Source: Octopus bimaculoides (taxonomy: Eukaryota). Taken from it: a stretch of DNA of 64,000 nt. The position numbers were made by a program, and so were the translations under genes. The stretch is from the NCBI RefSeq assembly GCF_001194135.2, contig NC_068989.1, positions 60,667,964 through 60,731,963 on the forward strand, read 5' to 3'. Numbering within the stretch: the first letter of the stretch is position 1; every line of letters starts with the position of its first letter. The notes under the pieces were generated by a model, which was not told the origin of the DNA, ran no database searches, and saw nothing but the letters and a program-made list of their open reading frames with translations. This document shows positions 37,122 through 52,400 of the stretch, piece after piece.

Positions 37122-40100
37122 TATTTTATTTGTGCATTGTTTTGTACTACTATTTTCCATCGCATTAAATGTTACCTCGAAATCCATTGCTGCATTATAT
37201 AATTGCATGCTTTACAACTTTATATCATACTGTAACTCAGACACGGGGTGATAATCAAAATTATTTACAGTGATTACTTATATCTGAATTGAGAAAAATG
37301 AAATGAACTGCATTTCATCTGGCATTCAACATTTCTACAGTCTCGTCGAAAAAAAAGAGACATTAAAAACAAAGTATAGTAATGTATTTCAGAAATATCT
37401 GACGTTTTCTAATAAATATTATTTTTTCTACAAATGAATAAAACATCTTAGAATTTAGTTATCGATTTACATAGGAAATTTTACCAAAATTTTAAGAATA
37501 ACAAAAAACTTACATAGATGATGTATGAATTTAAATAAAGTATGTGGATAAAAAAGAAAAAAATAATTCAGTAGAAATTGACATGAATATAAACTTATAT
37601 ATGTGTGGGTGTGTGAATATATATATATATATNNNNNNNNNNNNNNNNNNNNNNNNNNNNNNNNNNNNNNNNNNNNNNNNNNNNNNNNNNNNNNNNNNNN
37701 NNNNNNNNNNNNNNNNNNNNNNNNNNNNNNNNNNNNNNNNNNNNNNNNNNNNNNNNNNNNNNNAACACTCAGTAGATTTTAGTGGTATACATATAAACTT
37801 TCTTAGGGAAAACCTTGATCATGGCTTCCATGTTTCGTATCATCTGCTATCAGGCACGCTCATCAAATTTTCTGATTATTTAATTGCTCGAACCAAATTT
37901 GTTAAAAATTAATTTTAACTTCTTACTGTATTTTTTATCCTCTATGTAATATTTAAATAGTCTCTTTCATATTTGATAATGATAAACTTAGTTCCTCCCT
38001 GTTCAGTATTTGATGCTGAATGGAGATAACTACTCTGAAATGCATGCAGCTATCAATTTAGGCAGAGAACGCCTCGGAATTATTTGGTACGTTCATAATC
38101 TATTTGTCTACAGCGAGAATTTTTCTGCATGACAAAATACTGTGAATGGTGTTTTTTCGGGTTTGGATATGTCTCAAATATATTTGAAATGGTAATGAGT
38201 TATATTTTGTTCACTTAGTTCACTGCTAAGCGTTTCAAATCCGTATTTTATTACGTCCGCGTCACTGATTAGCGCAATGTGTCAATGTAGGTTGATATGA
38301 ATATAAGAGAGACTTGTCTTTCGTAGTCAGATCGTAGCTCCTCTCTTTCCAATGTTTGATGGTGAGATGGATATTATTTCTCCAAAATATACGCATCCAT
38401 TAATATGCGTAGGGGACGCTTCGATCTAACCTGTGGTTGTGGTTGTCCACCTACTTTTCACAGCGAAAACTTTTCTTTGTGACAAAATACAATGAATGAC
38501 TTTCTTACGACGTCGAATATTTCTCAAGTATATTTGAACTAAGAAAAAGTTTATATTTGTACACATCACTGCTTAGCGATCCTAATCCATATTTTATTTG
38601 ATATTTGTATAAAACAGTAATTTCTGACCACCGGTTATATTCCGCCTGCCCCATCATTTGATCCAGGTCATCAGCGTTATTACATATGTGATGATTCACA
38701 CAAACATTCTTTATCTTTATCTTGAAGGTTAGTGTTCAAAATGAAAGCAAATGACTTACTTTTAGTGATCTCAAATGAAGTGATATACTTGAGCGATGTA
38801 AATACAAATTGGCGGGTAAACTAGGCTATTTTACGTGGTAAAAGAAAGGAGAATTTACCCGAAAGTGAGATTTGAAATGTGTTTAACCTCTCCCTCTCTC
38901 TCTAAATACATTATGTATATTATATACGCATACACGCATATACATATGCATGTATGTGTGTGTGTTTGTGCGTGTAATATATATTATACATCTCGTCACA
39001 CATACATATACGCATGCATGCATAAGACCACTGGGTGCTCTGTACTTGACAATATGCATATTTATATAATATAATATTATATATATGCATATATATATGT
39101 ATCTGTAACTATACATGTATTCTTGCACGCAGACACACACATGCATATGTTGGTGAATCTGTATAGAATGTCTATGCGTGTTGAATTCGAATGTATAAGT
39201 TTAGGTGGCATTTTTATAAATGGATATAGACATATAAATGGCTAACAAATATTCTACATAAATGGGACCATATAATAAGCTGCAGATGCATAGCATTTCC
39301 TCTGTAAAAACTATTCAAAATATCATAAATGTTAATTTCTGACATTTAATAATTACAATTTCTTAAGTTTTTTCATCTATGTACTAAGAAATCAAAGGAT
39401 ACAGCCATCTGTAAATTCTCATGAATATAAAACCTAGATCAAAAAGACTTAATATTTACAAATGTATGAATAATTCGTCTACTGTATTTGAGTGCATAAA
39501 ATTTTAACACTTTGAGGCAGCACTATATAATAACGATAAAAAACGTCTGCGATATATGGCGAAGCAGATCACATTAAAACATTATATTCCAAGGGCAATA
39601 TAGGATACTTCACTTTTAAGTAATGTATGTAGTTTGAACCACTATATGTATCTACTTTTCACCTCATAATGTGAGAAGAATTCTATAAACTAATCAAACA
39701 CAAATTTTGTCAAATTTACTGAACGCTCAATTTCACAGCCTGTAGACATAACCAGATGTTACAAAGTGATGAGAGTTAACTGTATTCGTCACATTCATAG
39801 TCCCATAAATCTGTAACATAAACGAAGCAACTCACTGTTAATTGCAACCAAGTCTGTTCCACCAGTGAATACTGAATGACCCTTGTAATACATAGAGATT
39901 GTCTTAAAACTCCAGATATTGGAAGATCTAATTTGTCTAAATCCAAACAGATTGAAATTAGCAAATTTTCACAGATATCACGTTCTTTAATGTTATACAG
40001 TAAAGCAATAAATTGTTCCACATCCTAATATTGCAAATAAACACTATATATATGTGTGTATGTGTGTTCGTGTGTACATGCGTGTGGTGTGTTTCTGTGT

Positions 40101-42329
40101 GTGTGTGTATGTGTGTGGGTATACGTATGTAGCTACGTATAGACACATCATTTACAGAATTTTATTTGTCCATGAAACCAAAATCATTGCATGTCGTTAG
40201 ATGTCATAACATTCGTAGAAATTTCAGTGACTTTTGTATTATCACAAACATCACGGTACTGTCTGTAGCAGGTGAATATTTTATGCAATTTTTTTTGCAG
40301 GAACTCCGTTTAATACTACAATCAATCATGAAATTTTATTTCATAATCACAAGAAACTCTGTTAGCATCTGAGCACTTTAACATTCAGAACAGTAAAATC
40401 ATTTATATTATAGATTTGTCAGCCCTTTTAGCATTTACGTTTGCGTCAAGGTCCTTTCACTACTGTATTTCATAATAGATCCATTGGTTATGGAGCGTAG
40501 CATAGCTATTTCTGGTGCTATTGGGCATATCGTTCAATCCACAAGTGAATCGCTGATAATGACCTTTAGGTGAAAGTCTGAGAACGTCCAGTGATGCATG
40601 AGGTTGATACTTATACAAGCTGACTACATCAGCTTGCCTTACATATATAATGCCTATCCTAGCGGCTTTGTACTTACACACCACCTGGATTTCTTTTGAA
40701 AACGAGAATTATCTGACCACTGTTTTTGTTTTGGAAGCCATGTTATGTAAATGTAGTGTCACATGTTAGAAATGTATGCGTCAGCAAAATGGTTTTGTAG
40801 AGCACATGTTCTCAAAAGAGATGTAGTGATTTCTTTTTCGAGAATTTTTCTAGAGGTAAATCTAGAGGAATTTTATGAAACTGGTGTTCCATCTTACAAA
40901 GCAATATAATGACATTCAGTGATTCATTTTCAGCTGCAAGTTCCATTTGGTAAGATTCCTTACTTCGAATGTTAACAATTTCTCCATACTACCTATTTAC
41001 TAAACGATAAATTGGCTGTTCATCTGTCCTTCATGTTTTCTGTCTATGTGAGCATTTGGAATATGACATGAAGTTTGCATTAAGAAACTCCGGAAATTCT
41101 CGCATTTTTGCATCATTACGGTAATTTTTTGTTTGAGAAACGCAACGCATTTTCTGTCTCCGTGTAACATGGCCACTGTTTTTAAATCTCCTAGTTTTAC
41201 ATTGTTATAACGAACGGTTATAGTGTAACAATACTTTTAATGCTCTACTATCGGAATTTGATCACGGGGTAATTTGAAATTGCTTTAGCAAGGAGGTACC
41301 CCAAAGTTGATATATTACTCTTCTATCCAAGAGAGCAACGTATCTCAGTCACTGATCGTTACAACTTTAGGAAGAGAACTTGAAACTTGTAAAGCTATGA
41401 GATTTTTATCTGTTCACTTTTCTCTAGAAGTAACATGGTAACATGTCTATGATACTAAAACTGATACTGATAGTAGCTTTGTTTATTATTTTCTATTGTT
41501 TTTTTTTATCATATATACAGATTTTAAATGATATCATATCTTATTAATCTCATGGAGGATGTAAATGCAAATTATTAGAAAATGACCGCTTCTTTTAATT
41601 AGTTTACTCCGTTTAGAGTCTACGTACAGAAGTAGCATGGTATAAATTCCCGTTCAATCGGTGCATTTAGTATTTGTATTTGTTATATATAGTTAATAAT
41701 TTGATTTCATATGAAAATCCATTTTATGTCACCTACAATGAATAACGCATTGTTATATTATGACGCAACTTTGTATATATTTTGTATATTCTGATTATAT
41801 GACAACTCTATTTCACAATGGGTACAGCTTAGTATTATATTCTGATTACACAATAAATTGGAATGTACCAGTTTTCCCCACTGGTAGAGTCACAGATTAA
41901 CGAGACATTTGACTGGGGACATTTGTTTGGGGAAATTCCTTATCTCGTATCCACTTACAACGTTAGTCCAGTAGAAATGGTAAAATGCAACAATAAATGC
42001 AGACTTGTATCTAATATCAAAGTAAGAGATAGGAAATAACTGCAGGAAGTTATCCATGATACCCGCTAGTTTACGTTTCTCCTTTTATAAGTGAAATTTA
42101 TCAATATGCCTTAACGAATGTGCGATTTCATTCTAAAATATTCAAATACCTGACGATATTACATATACATTGCACACATACATTACAGAAATATATGTGC
42201 AGTTGTATGCGCGTGAATAATATGCATATATATCTATATCTATAAATCTACCTTGGGGCGTCCTATGGGAGGACTTGATAGATAGATTATCTATCTAAAT
42301 ATCTATCTGTCTGTCTGTCTACTTACCTA

Positions 42330-42469
42330 CAAGCCTACCTACATATCAACCTACCTACCTACCTACCTACCTACCTACCGACCTACCTACCTACCTACCT
42401 ACCTACCTACATACCTACCTACCTAGTACCTACCTATCTACTTACCTATCTAAGTACATACCTACCTGC

Positions 42470-42538
<69 letters not shown>

Positions 42539-42540
42539 GA
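42330..42540 (+). repeat. (CTAC)n/(TCTA)n microsatellite
   Basis: Directly visible. Confidence 0.95.
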
Positions 42541-43264
42541 CTGAGTTGAATGCAGATTTACTTCTGCCTTTATAGCTCGTAAAGGAGACGTTGTTGTAGG
42601 AATGTACACACCACGTGTACTACAACAAAACTATGCGTAGCTCAAATACTGAGATTGAAAAGCAGGGGCGAATTATGCCTACCTTATCTTCAAAAAATAT
42701 ATATATTTGGCATTTTATGCATAGTAATCAGTGTAACCTTCATAATTTCATTGAATTAGGATCATATTTTGCCATAAAAGGTAAATGTTGCTATCAATCT
42801 ATTTTATTCAAGGTAGTGCCTACCTAGGCGTCACGCCCCTAATACACACACACACACACACACACACCACACACACACACACACATATAGTACACACACA
42901 ATCACACGGACACACATACAGACACACACTAACATGTCTGGATGCATGTGTTTTTGTCTGTTCTACGTCATAAAAGTTTTAACCGATTGTGTTATAGATA
43001 GTTCTTACTCTGAAACTGTGGTTGGCTTCAGTCGTAAACTTAGAGGTATATCAATGAGATATTAGTATGCCGGCGTTAGATCAGCTTATCTGCTGGTTGT
43101 TGGCTGTCTATGAGATTATTTATAAACTGTATTCTACTAGTTTATTCAGCAAAAGTTTTATATGCGTTCTAAAACTTTTCTTTCTTTTTCTACTGATTCT
43201 ACTTGGTTTCGTTGATAACGCTCTAATCTTGTATCGTTCACATAATGTGCTTTCTTACCCCAAT

Positions 43265-43443
43265 TCATTTTCTCTTTCTTTGTAAACACACACACATCGA
43301 TACATGCACACGCACATCCACACACAAACACACAGATACACACATACACACACACACACAGAGAGATACACACACACACACACACAGATACACACACATC
43401 GACACAGACACACACAAACTGACACAGACACACACACAGTGAC

Positions 43444-43478
<35 letters not shown>

Positions 43479-43482
43479 CACA

Positions 43483-43519
<37 letters not shown>
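43265..43519 (+). repeat. Compound (CA)n/(CAGA)n microsatellite
   Basis: Directly visible; it runs into a gap. Confidence 0.95.
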
Positions 43520-44008
43520 NNNNNNNNNNNNNNNNNNNNNNNNNNNNNNNNNNNNNNNNNNNNNNNNNNNNNNNNNNNNNNNNNNNNNNNNNNNNNNNNN
43601 NNNNNNNNNNNNNNNNNNNNNNNNNNNNNNNNNNNNNNNNNNNNNNNNNNNNNNNNNNNNNNNNNNNNNNNNNNNNNNNNNNNNNNNNNNNNNNNNNNNN
43701 NNNNNNNNNNNNNNNNNNNNNNNNNNNNNNNNNNNNNNNNNNNNNNNNNNNNNNNNNNNNNNNNNNNNNNNNNNNNNNNNNNNNNNNNNNNNNNNNNNNN
43801 NNNNNNNNNNNNNNNNNNNNNNNNNNNNNNNNNNNNNNNNNNNNNNNNNNNNNNNNNNNNNNNNNNNNNNNNNNNNNNNNNNNNNNNNNNNNNNNNNNNN
43901 NNNNNNNNNNNNNNNNNNNNNNNNNNNNNNNNNNNNNNNNNNNNNNNNNNNNNNNNNNNNNNNNNNNNNNNNNNNNNNNNNNNNNNNNNNNNNNNNNNNN
44001 NNNNNNNN

Positions 44009-44039
<31 letters not shown>

Positions 44040-45501
44040 TATGCATATAAACATATGAATAAGTATGTATGTATCTATCTGTATACACAAACATATATAT
44101 GTATGAGCGTGTGTGTATGTGTGTGTATGTACACGTAGGCTCTCAAATCTATTTATATATTTTTAACAAGGTATCTAGCAACATATACATTCTTCATACA
44201 TTAAATTTTAAATAACATGAATTTGTTCTGCCTCGTTGACTTTAAGAGTATATCAATATCAAATTTATGCTAGAACTTTCCACTCTCATTTCATAAAATC
44301 ATAGAACAATTTACATCAAAATACTTCGTTCTCACTGAAACAAGAATTCCTCTGGTTCACATAACAATTTGTAAGTGTATCTGATTTAAACGTTCTCTAC
44401 TACTTAAACGAAATTGCGAATCATATTATTAATTTATTTCAGTAGAAAATAGGCTCGAAATTGTTCGGAAGTATGAAATTAGTGGATGAAATATTAGTAC
44501 AATTTTTACGGGTATATTAGTAACACATTGCTATTTCTATTGATGTGAACCGTAATTGAAGTATATATTCTTTAGGATCTTTCCCCAACTTCACCATGCT
44601 GGTCAAATATTTGAGGAATAGGAATACGTTTTAATACGAAAATGATATCTCTGATTTATATTTCTGGAAGCGGGGAAAACTGAGGTTCATTTGTCATTTA
44701 TGCCTTTTAAATCGTCTTCTAGATAGTCGGTTAGAAAGTTACCTATGAGTTATCACAATCGTCTTTTATTGCCAATATTTCTTCTTGATTGCTATCCAAA
44801 AATAGATGGAAGAGAGAAGAAGTTCTTTAGTAACATTGGTAACCATTCTAAAAGCAAAAAAAAAAAAAAAAANNNNNNNNNNAAAAAAAAAAAAAAAAAA
44901 AATTGACAGAAGTTTAAAAAATTCTTTAGAAATACGATAGAGACAGGGTGATTGGTTTGCGTCAGTATACATTTAGTACCGATTTACGTCGTTTGCCGCC
45001 GAAATCAATTATGTAAGATATTAAAACTTGAAACTTTCTTTTGAAAGAATAGCAAATATTTATCTTACGATTGTGATTGAAAAAAAATTGTGTTTTGCAT
45101 ATTATTATTTTTTGTTACTGACGTCAGTATTGCAGTCTTGTTTTTACTGCTTTGAAATTGGATAATAGATATAACAATCTCAAAATCAATAGTAATATTT
45201 TGTATGTACACCATTCTGTTTACAAATATATTATTAATCGAATACGTTTATCGATTAAGATAAAACCGAAATGACGAAAAGTAGAAACAAAAAAGAATAT
45301 ATAAACAAATATCTATTTTAAAGTCTCAGACGAGGTTTCTCAACTTTTATAAATAATCTTGAATCTTTATGGGCGTTATTCAATGATTTCGTGATGTACT
45401 GTAACTTCCGTAAGTTGAAGAAACGTTCGAAAGATATGGCCCCGCTGAACAGGATGTTGATATATTTGAATTTGGAACAGCTATGTAGCGGAGGAAATTT
45501 G

Positions 45502-45533
<32 letters not shown>

Positions 45534-46849
45534 CAAAGATAGATAGATAGATGGAGAGAGAGATAGAGATAGAGAGAGTGAGTGAGAAAGAGAGAGTGAG
45601 AGAGATTCCGTGATTGTAATTTGAAATTATAAAGTTCCTATTCATATACTATTAATTTCCAAAGCAGTTTGTTGTAATTTGTATGAATAGTAGCATGTAG
45701 CTTAAGATCAAAATTACTCACAACTGGTTTAAATCGTATAATTTCACCCATTAGAAATACCATAAAGTCTATACTTAATTTCATAAAACTGGCGATAGAG
45801 ATTTTGTTACGAAAACTATTTCCTACAAGAGAATAATGTATTTTCTTCTAAAATTTATTTTGAAGCTATATGTACACCATTAAAATCCATTTCATCATCA
45901 TATGTAAACTTTCTGTGAATAATATATGGTCTTTCATTGTCGGAAAGAATTTGGATTAGTTTAGTTCGGTAGCATGCTCTCCATCAATATATATGTGTGG
46001 AGTCTACTACATAGCTATGTCGTTACAGTAATTCCTGAGGGTGATTCCTTCAATTGACTTGAGTCCTCTCTCAGTATATTCAATGTTCCAACATTCCTCA
46101 GGAAATCAATTTGTTGTGTAGATCGTATTTCTAAAAGAAATACAAATATGAAAATTACTACTTTATAAAGTTAACACGATGTTGGAAGCGGAGTATAGTC
46201 GATTAAACCGATTGCATAATATCGCTGGAATTATTGTATCCGTCGTAGAATCATGAAAGAATAATGATAGCTCAGCGGAATATGAGCTCACGGTGTAAAG
46301 TAATATAGCATATGCAAAACGTATTTAGTCGAACATGCATGTAACAAGAATATATGTTTGACAATTGCCTGCTCATTATGTTTTCCGACTGATATGAAAA
46401 AACAAAATGGCTTAGTTATATAATTATCTCAGATTTGCATTGTTAAAAAACAAAAAGAAAATCATGTCTGCTAAACTTCCAATGACTGTGTCACGACAAA
46501 AACAATGAATATTTAAAAAACCGGATTATATGGCGATAAAAATACATTTTTGTACAAATAAGTTTAAGAAGTTAAACTAAGCGATATTATTCTTAAGCTG
46601 AAAACCAATGTAAAGATGCTGTAGAATGAAGGTTTTAACGTATATTGCCGTCGGGGAAGAATTATTAATAGCTTAGCACTCGATATATTTGAAACGTAAA
46701 CATGTACTTCGCATTAATTCAAAATTATTTTGCTTTAACTGACAAAAGAAATTCCGGCATCTGATTAGTTGTCGTGTTGGGGTTCATTTCTGAATGCGGG
46801 TTACTTTATTTATTTTCTAATATACGTAAAATAGTTACGCAGTGTATTC

Positions 46850-46995
46850 TTTTTTTTCAATTCGTTTACTTGTTTCAGTTATTTGACTGCGGCCATGCTG
46901 GAGCACCGCCTTAGAGGTTTTTAGTTGAAGAAATCGCCCCCAGCACTTAAACTTTGTAATCCTAGTACTTATTCTATCGGTCTCTTTGGCCGAAC
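46850..46995 (-). mobile_element. 3' part of tRNA-derived SINE
   Basis: ttgactgcggccatgctggagcaccgcc..tacttattctatcggtctctttggccgaac matches 62900-63000. Confidence 0.8.
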
Positions 46996-47134
46996 AGCTA
47001 GTCTTATAGCAAGAAAATCTAATTGGTTTAGTGGTGATTTCAATAAACAATACTTTTTGTTGATGCTGAAATATTTAAGTAGAGAGAACAAACCTTTACT
47101 ATAAATATTAGTAGAGCATGTGGTTCTCAATGGT

Positions 47135-47136
47135 GA

Positions 47137-47192
<56 letters not shown>

Positions 47193-47347
47193 ATAGTAGT
47201 AGTAGTAGGTGTAGCAGTAGTAGCAACAGCAGCAGCAGTAACAGCAGCAGCAGCAGTAGCAGTAGTAATAATAGTAGTATTAGTAGTAGTAGTAGTAACA
47301 GCAGAAGCAGTAGTAGTAGTAGTAGTAGTAGTAGCAGCAGCAGCAGT
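47135..47347 (+). repeat. (AGT)n/(AGC)n trinucleotide tract
   Basis: Directly visible. Confidence 0.95.
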
Positions 47348-49278
47348 ATTGGCAACAATATTTGAAGTATCAACTGCAGGAATAGTGGTACAAAATACAA
47401 AAGATGCATTAACTACAACAGATTCAATAATATTATCACCTGTTATTGAAACAAGACAGTAATTTAAACCAAAGCAAACAAGTACAATAGAGTTGATGTT
47501 GGAATGTAAAATACAGAGTTGAATGTAAAAAATACGATGTAGTCATAACTTGGAAATTATTCATCATAAACCAAATACAGGTCAATAACCTTAAAAACAA
47601 TTAAAACTGAACTAAATCTGGTTTTATTGATCGATTCCCAGACTACTGAGCGAAGAGAACCCGATCAAATCATCTCACTATATGTCTAAGAAAGATACAT
47701 TTAATTTTACAATAATAAGTCGGTTTCGCTATAGTTGGGTTCTATTTGGTTGAATACTCACTACTGTAGCAATGAATTTACAATATATTTAACATGACCA
47801 TCAATAAAGTTTAGTGTAGAGTACAATTAATCATATGGATGTTTTACTGAGAAGCATGAAGACTCCTTCCTGGTTGATTACATCTCGATGCATTACATCA
47901 AGTCTGCATATTTCATTTTTGTTCTTTGAGCTGTGAAACTGAAACAGTCACTAATGCATCGAAAATTAAATGGTTACAAATGTTCGAGGCAGTTGACTCA
48001 CATCCCTGGTCCTTTAAGTTTTGCATTAAATGAGAATATTGTTTCCCCCTCGTTCAGCAGTCTCCCAATCAAAACTGCTGTAATAAAATTTCAGCATAAT
48101 GTTGGAACCTGCTTAATATACTGAATATATTTATTTAATAATTAGCGTAATCAAAACTACAAGAAAGTACCACATTATGCATGCAACTTCAGGAAATATG
48201 TTTATTATCGAAACCTGGCAATACTCAGGAATTCTTTCCTGACGTTGCATAAATATGGAACTAATTCTTTGTGGTTTTAATTACGTTAATTAATAAACGG
48301 AATATTAAATAGTTCCTAATAATTAGATACTGACTTTGCCATTGAAGAGAATGTTTTCAGAGAGGAAAATCTATTAATGAAAACAGTACGATAAAAATAT
48401 TTTGGATAGATTCACGAATATCATTGCATTACGACCACAGAGATCGCTGTATGAACAATAAAAATATATTGGATAAACTGCTGGAGATCACTGCTTTACG
48501 ATAACGATATCCGGAATAAATTCATGGAGATCACCGCAGCGAACCGAATTCATGGTCTGTTTTACCTCAGTTTTGACTGAAGACTTTCTCCGCTAATATA
48601 CTGATGGAATGAGTTAACAATATATATTTCTTAATTTCTCGTTTTCTCATATATAAGGAACCTATATGAAAAGAAGGTAATCATTTTCGTACATTTATTT
48701 TACAACATTCGATTTATTTCAGCGTTGGAACACTCATTACTAATGGGTCTTTAATACATCTAACACTGGAATGATTGAAACAACCATTTAAAGGTACATT
48801 TTTTACTAGATTCGAAGATATACATCTCTTCATTTAATGCCTATTCACTTTAATTTAATGGATTGTTCATGTTGTGAAGTAAGGAATACCAAATAATATC
48901 ACTGGATATATTTAACTGGCTGAAGGTAGAAAAAGCGCGTTCAAAGACGTATACGTATGAATCCGATCTTAAAACGATACACAAATTTTGTCTGATTTTC
49001 ACACGATGCATAATTCATACCACACGACTTCCACATTACACATTGGTTTATTGGTTCTGAAAGAATAAGTTTTAGTTACAAATCTAAGTTTTAATGTATA
49101 AATTGTGAGGTACGGAAATATCGAGGTAAGTCGCTACACTTTCATCATATCGGCTCACGTTTGCATAGAAAACAATTACTCGTTCATTAGTCTGATCAGT
49201 GACATGTGGCTGAAAGGTTTTTATTGAATCAGTTCCAGGGCTTAGCAGACTGTTTTTGTTTTGCAGTGTCTGGTTGTA

Positions 49279-49554
49279 CAGTAATCGATTGCCATATCGC
49301 GGTTCACCTATCGCGGTTCATCTATCGCGGTTCATCTATCGCGGTTCATCTATCGCGGTTCATCTATCGCGGTTTATTACTTAAGCTTACGTCGATTCTT
49401 CTGTGGTGTTATTTTGCATTTATAATAAAATAAATATATACAAATTATAAAAATAAGAAAAAAATATACAGCACTGTCTCTACTTCGTGGATTCTCACCT
49501 ATCGCGAGTGGGTGGGTTTGGAACGTAACAACCGCGATTCTCGAGGGATTATTG
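49279..49554. mobile_element. Tigger/pogo-type MITE with internal 14-bp tandem expansion
   Basis: TA|CAGTAATC.. start and ..GAGGGATTATTG|TA end. Six copies of CTATCGCGGTTCAT lie at 49294-49376. Confidence 0.75.
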
Positions 49555-50801
49555 TATTCTTTAACATTCTGTTATCGAACAGTTTCATTCTTTCTGAAGC
49601 AATAGAATATGCAACACTAATATACAGATGTCTATCTATCTAACTGACTAAATTTTCCTCTGAAAACCTTTCACATTGAATATATGTCAGAAAATGAAAT
49701 AGCATTTTATTATTTACAGTAAAATTGTTGTTTCCATAATATTTTGGACATGAAAGAAGTCTTGTATATAAGTAGAATTTAAGAAAATATTAAATTAGAC
49801 ATATTCTTCCTGCATGAAATATTTTGTTCACGTTACGGTGATTTAATTCTTAACAGAAGTTGTTTTAGCGCATTTGGAAAAAAAAAACTAAGAAGGGAGT
49901 AATCTTAACATTGATCACATTGCGGCTGCTGAAGAGAAAGGGTTAACATTGATTGTTAAATCAAATAATGTTCATATTTCTATAACTGGTTAATTGATTT
50001 GACCTTTCAAAGATGTACTTGTAAAATGTTTCGACTGATTTTATATCTGTGATAGTTACGTTCCCTCCATATCGGTGCATACAACAGCCGTTTAGTAATT
50101 AAATAGATTTCCCAAATAATGGCCGTTTGGAAAACAGCCAAACTTGATGCAGCTTAACTTCATGACGTGAATTATTATTCACAGAGCCAACAAACAGTAC
50201 ATACATCAGACACAACATATTTAATAGAAAACGCTTATACTAGATACAAACGCTTTGCAGCTGATATAAAAAATAACGGCATCACCAACATCTGGAGTTT
50301 GAATGTTTATTAAGCTCAGTGAATACAGTTCAGTAACGCAACGTGAGAAGAATCTCTAAAGAATTTGAATTTCTCAGGCGTCAGAAATACTTTCGGAATA
50401 ATAGTACAGAGTAAGATGTCAAACAATATATCCAGTATTAATTTATCTGCACATACAAAAAGAAATTATAGATCAGTCTCTGTTGCTAGCGTCAATAAAT
50501 GTGACAAACCGGATTAAGACGACAATTTTTTGAGACATACGGAGAGCTGTTTCAGGCAAAGCTTTCTAAAGAAGAGTTGTAAGAAAATTTATATCAACAG
50601 AAGTTACAATGTTATTTACTATAAAAGCCATAGCCGGATTAAGAGCATTTAAAGAATTAAAAAAAAACTGTTGACGAGTATGTTGATAAAGTGAATAATT
50701 AAGTTCAAAGTCATTTGAAATGCAATGGATAAAAATTTTTGGAAACCATTCATGCCAAAGAATGCTTGTCTGAAAACACAAAGGCATGCCCACATTCTAA
50801 T

Positions 50802-51168
50802 TGTTGTTGGCACTCCGTCGCTCACGACGTCGAGGGTTCCAGTCGATCCGATCAACGGAACAGCCTGCTCGTGAAATTAGCGTGCAAGTGGCTGAGGACT
50901 CCACAGACACGTGTACCCTTAACGTAGTTCTCGAGGATATTCAGCGTGACATAGTGTGACAAGGCTGACCCTTTGATTTACAGGCACAACAAAAACAGAA
51001 AGTAAGAGTGAGAGAAAATTGTGGTGAAAGAGTACAGCAGGGTTAACCACCATCGTGGAGCTTTAGGAGTTTTCGCTCAATAAACACTCACAACGCCCGG
51101 TCTGGGAATCGAAAACACGATCCTATGACCGCGAGTCCGCTGCCCTAACCACTGGGCCATTGCGCCTC
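50802..51168 (-). mobile_element. Full-length tRNA(Arg)-related SINE (OK-like)
   Basis: Minus strand head GGCGCAATGGCCCAGTGGTTAGGGCAGCGGACTCGCGGTCATAGGATCG..TTCGATTCCCAGACC has A and B boxes. A ~370-bp body ends in a CAACAA tail. Confidence 0.85.
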
Positions 51169-51484
51169 ACCACGTTCTAATAGGTTGTATAAATTTACAT
51201 TTTTTTAATTATTTAAAAGTTTTATATAATTTGTATCAGTCTGAATTGGACAATCATTTTTTTTCCACATAAAACCTAAGTGCATCGTTGCGTTGGAAGA
51301 AAACTGACGTAACGATTCCTTGAAATGACGTCAAAGCTGTTATTACTGCAACAACAATTGCCACTACTAATAATAGTAGTAACAGAAGTAGCAGCGGCAA
51401 CAACAACAGCAGTAGCAGCAGCAGCAGTAGTGCTACTATTGCTGCACTCATTATCATATTCTCAAACATAGGCAAAACGACAAG

Positions 51485-51600
51485 ATCTGGACGAAGCTAT
51501 TAGCCAATTAACTCGATCTATATTCCGTAGAAAGGTGAAACAAAAAGTTGACGCTGGCGTTATTTGAACTCAGAACGTAAGAAATCACCATTGAACACTG
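51485..51600 (-). mobile_element. Degenerate CORE-type SINE
   Basis: gaaaggtgaaacaaaaagttgacgctggcgttatttgaactcagaacgta. Confidence 0.6.
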
Positions 51601-51987
51601 TACGGAATTTTGAAATTTGTTTTTGCGATTCTCCTATTCAATACTTATTTTACTCCTGGAAATGACTGTTGGAGTTGACCTTGTTATATTGCACCAAAGA
51701 ATATAACGACAAAATAGCACAAAGCATTGTGACCGTTGCTGTTCTAATTCTACCGCTATTTTCCTCATATCTTTCCCTTCGTGGCCACGCTGGTGCACTA
51801 CCGATGTATAGTTACGGCGAATACAATCGCCGCGAGATTTGTTTTCTTATTGTCTGGCGCTTATTCAAACGTTCTCACAGCGCTAAGTTACGAGGTTGCT
51901 AACAAAGCGAGACGGCTGTTAAGCAGCGGAGTGTGACAAATACAAAATGTCGACACACTCACACGCACGCATACACAAACGCGCACG

Positions 51988-52044
<57 letters not shown>

Positions 52045-52046
<2 letters not shown>

Positions 52047-52400
52047 TTATACAATGTAATTTCACATAGTTTCCGTCCACCAAAATCACTAACAACGCGT
52101 TTGTCGGTTTAGATTTAGTACGAGAAATTTGCTTACAGTGGGGTCAAACCGGAAACCGCGTGGCCGCAAAGTGAACTTCTTAATCACACAGCTGCGTCTT
52201 AATAAAATTAATAAAATTAATAAAATTAATACAAACAAAATTAATAATAACAATTGTAATTTGAGTGCAGGAGATAAGTCTGTAATGCCAATCCAGCCCG
52301 GAGGGACGAAAGGCAAAATTCATAGGGGCGGGACTTCAACTGTAACGTAAATCATTTCTGCCAATTGTCTAACGATTCTACCAGTCTATTGTTCGACTGC
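52045..52400 (-). mobile_element. Two degenerate SINE fragments (52045-52190 head; 52270-52400 CORE-type)
   Basis: agtttccgtccaccaaaatcac.. and gacgaaaggcaaaatt..ctaacgattctaccag motifs. Confidence 0.5.

Noticed and set aside
38010-38052. CTGAATG-GAG..CTC-TGAAA-TGCAT-G hammerhead-like string
   Set aside because: The core is non-canonical, the cleavage triplet ends in G, and helix I does not pair.
45330-45500. Open frame with NNLESLWALF, faintly like the Merlin/ISXO2 motif, plus a GTAAGT donor
   Set aside because: The similarity is too short, and there are no other transposase motifs or TIRs.
46969-47462. Poly-Ser/Val/Leu ORFs
   Set aside because: This is an (AGT)n/(AGC)n tract open in several frames, with no splice context or domain.
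49294-49376. Regular short repeats considered as a CRISPR-like array
   Set aside because: They are contiguous tandem units without spacers, inside a eukaryotic MITE.
51095-51168. tRNA-like sequence (minus strand)
   Set aside because: It continues into a SINE body and lacks a proper acceptor stem, so it is a SINE head rather than a tRNA gene.
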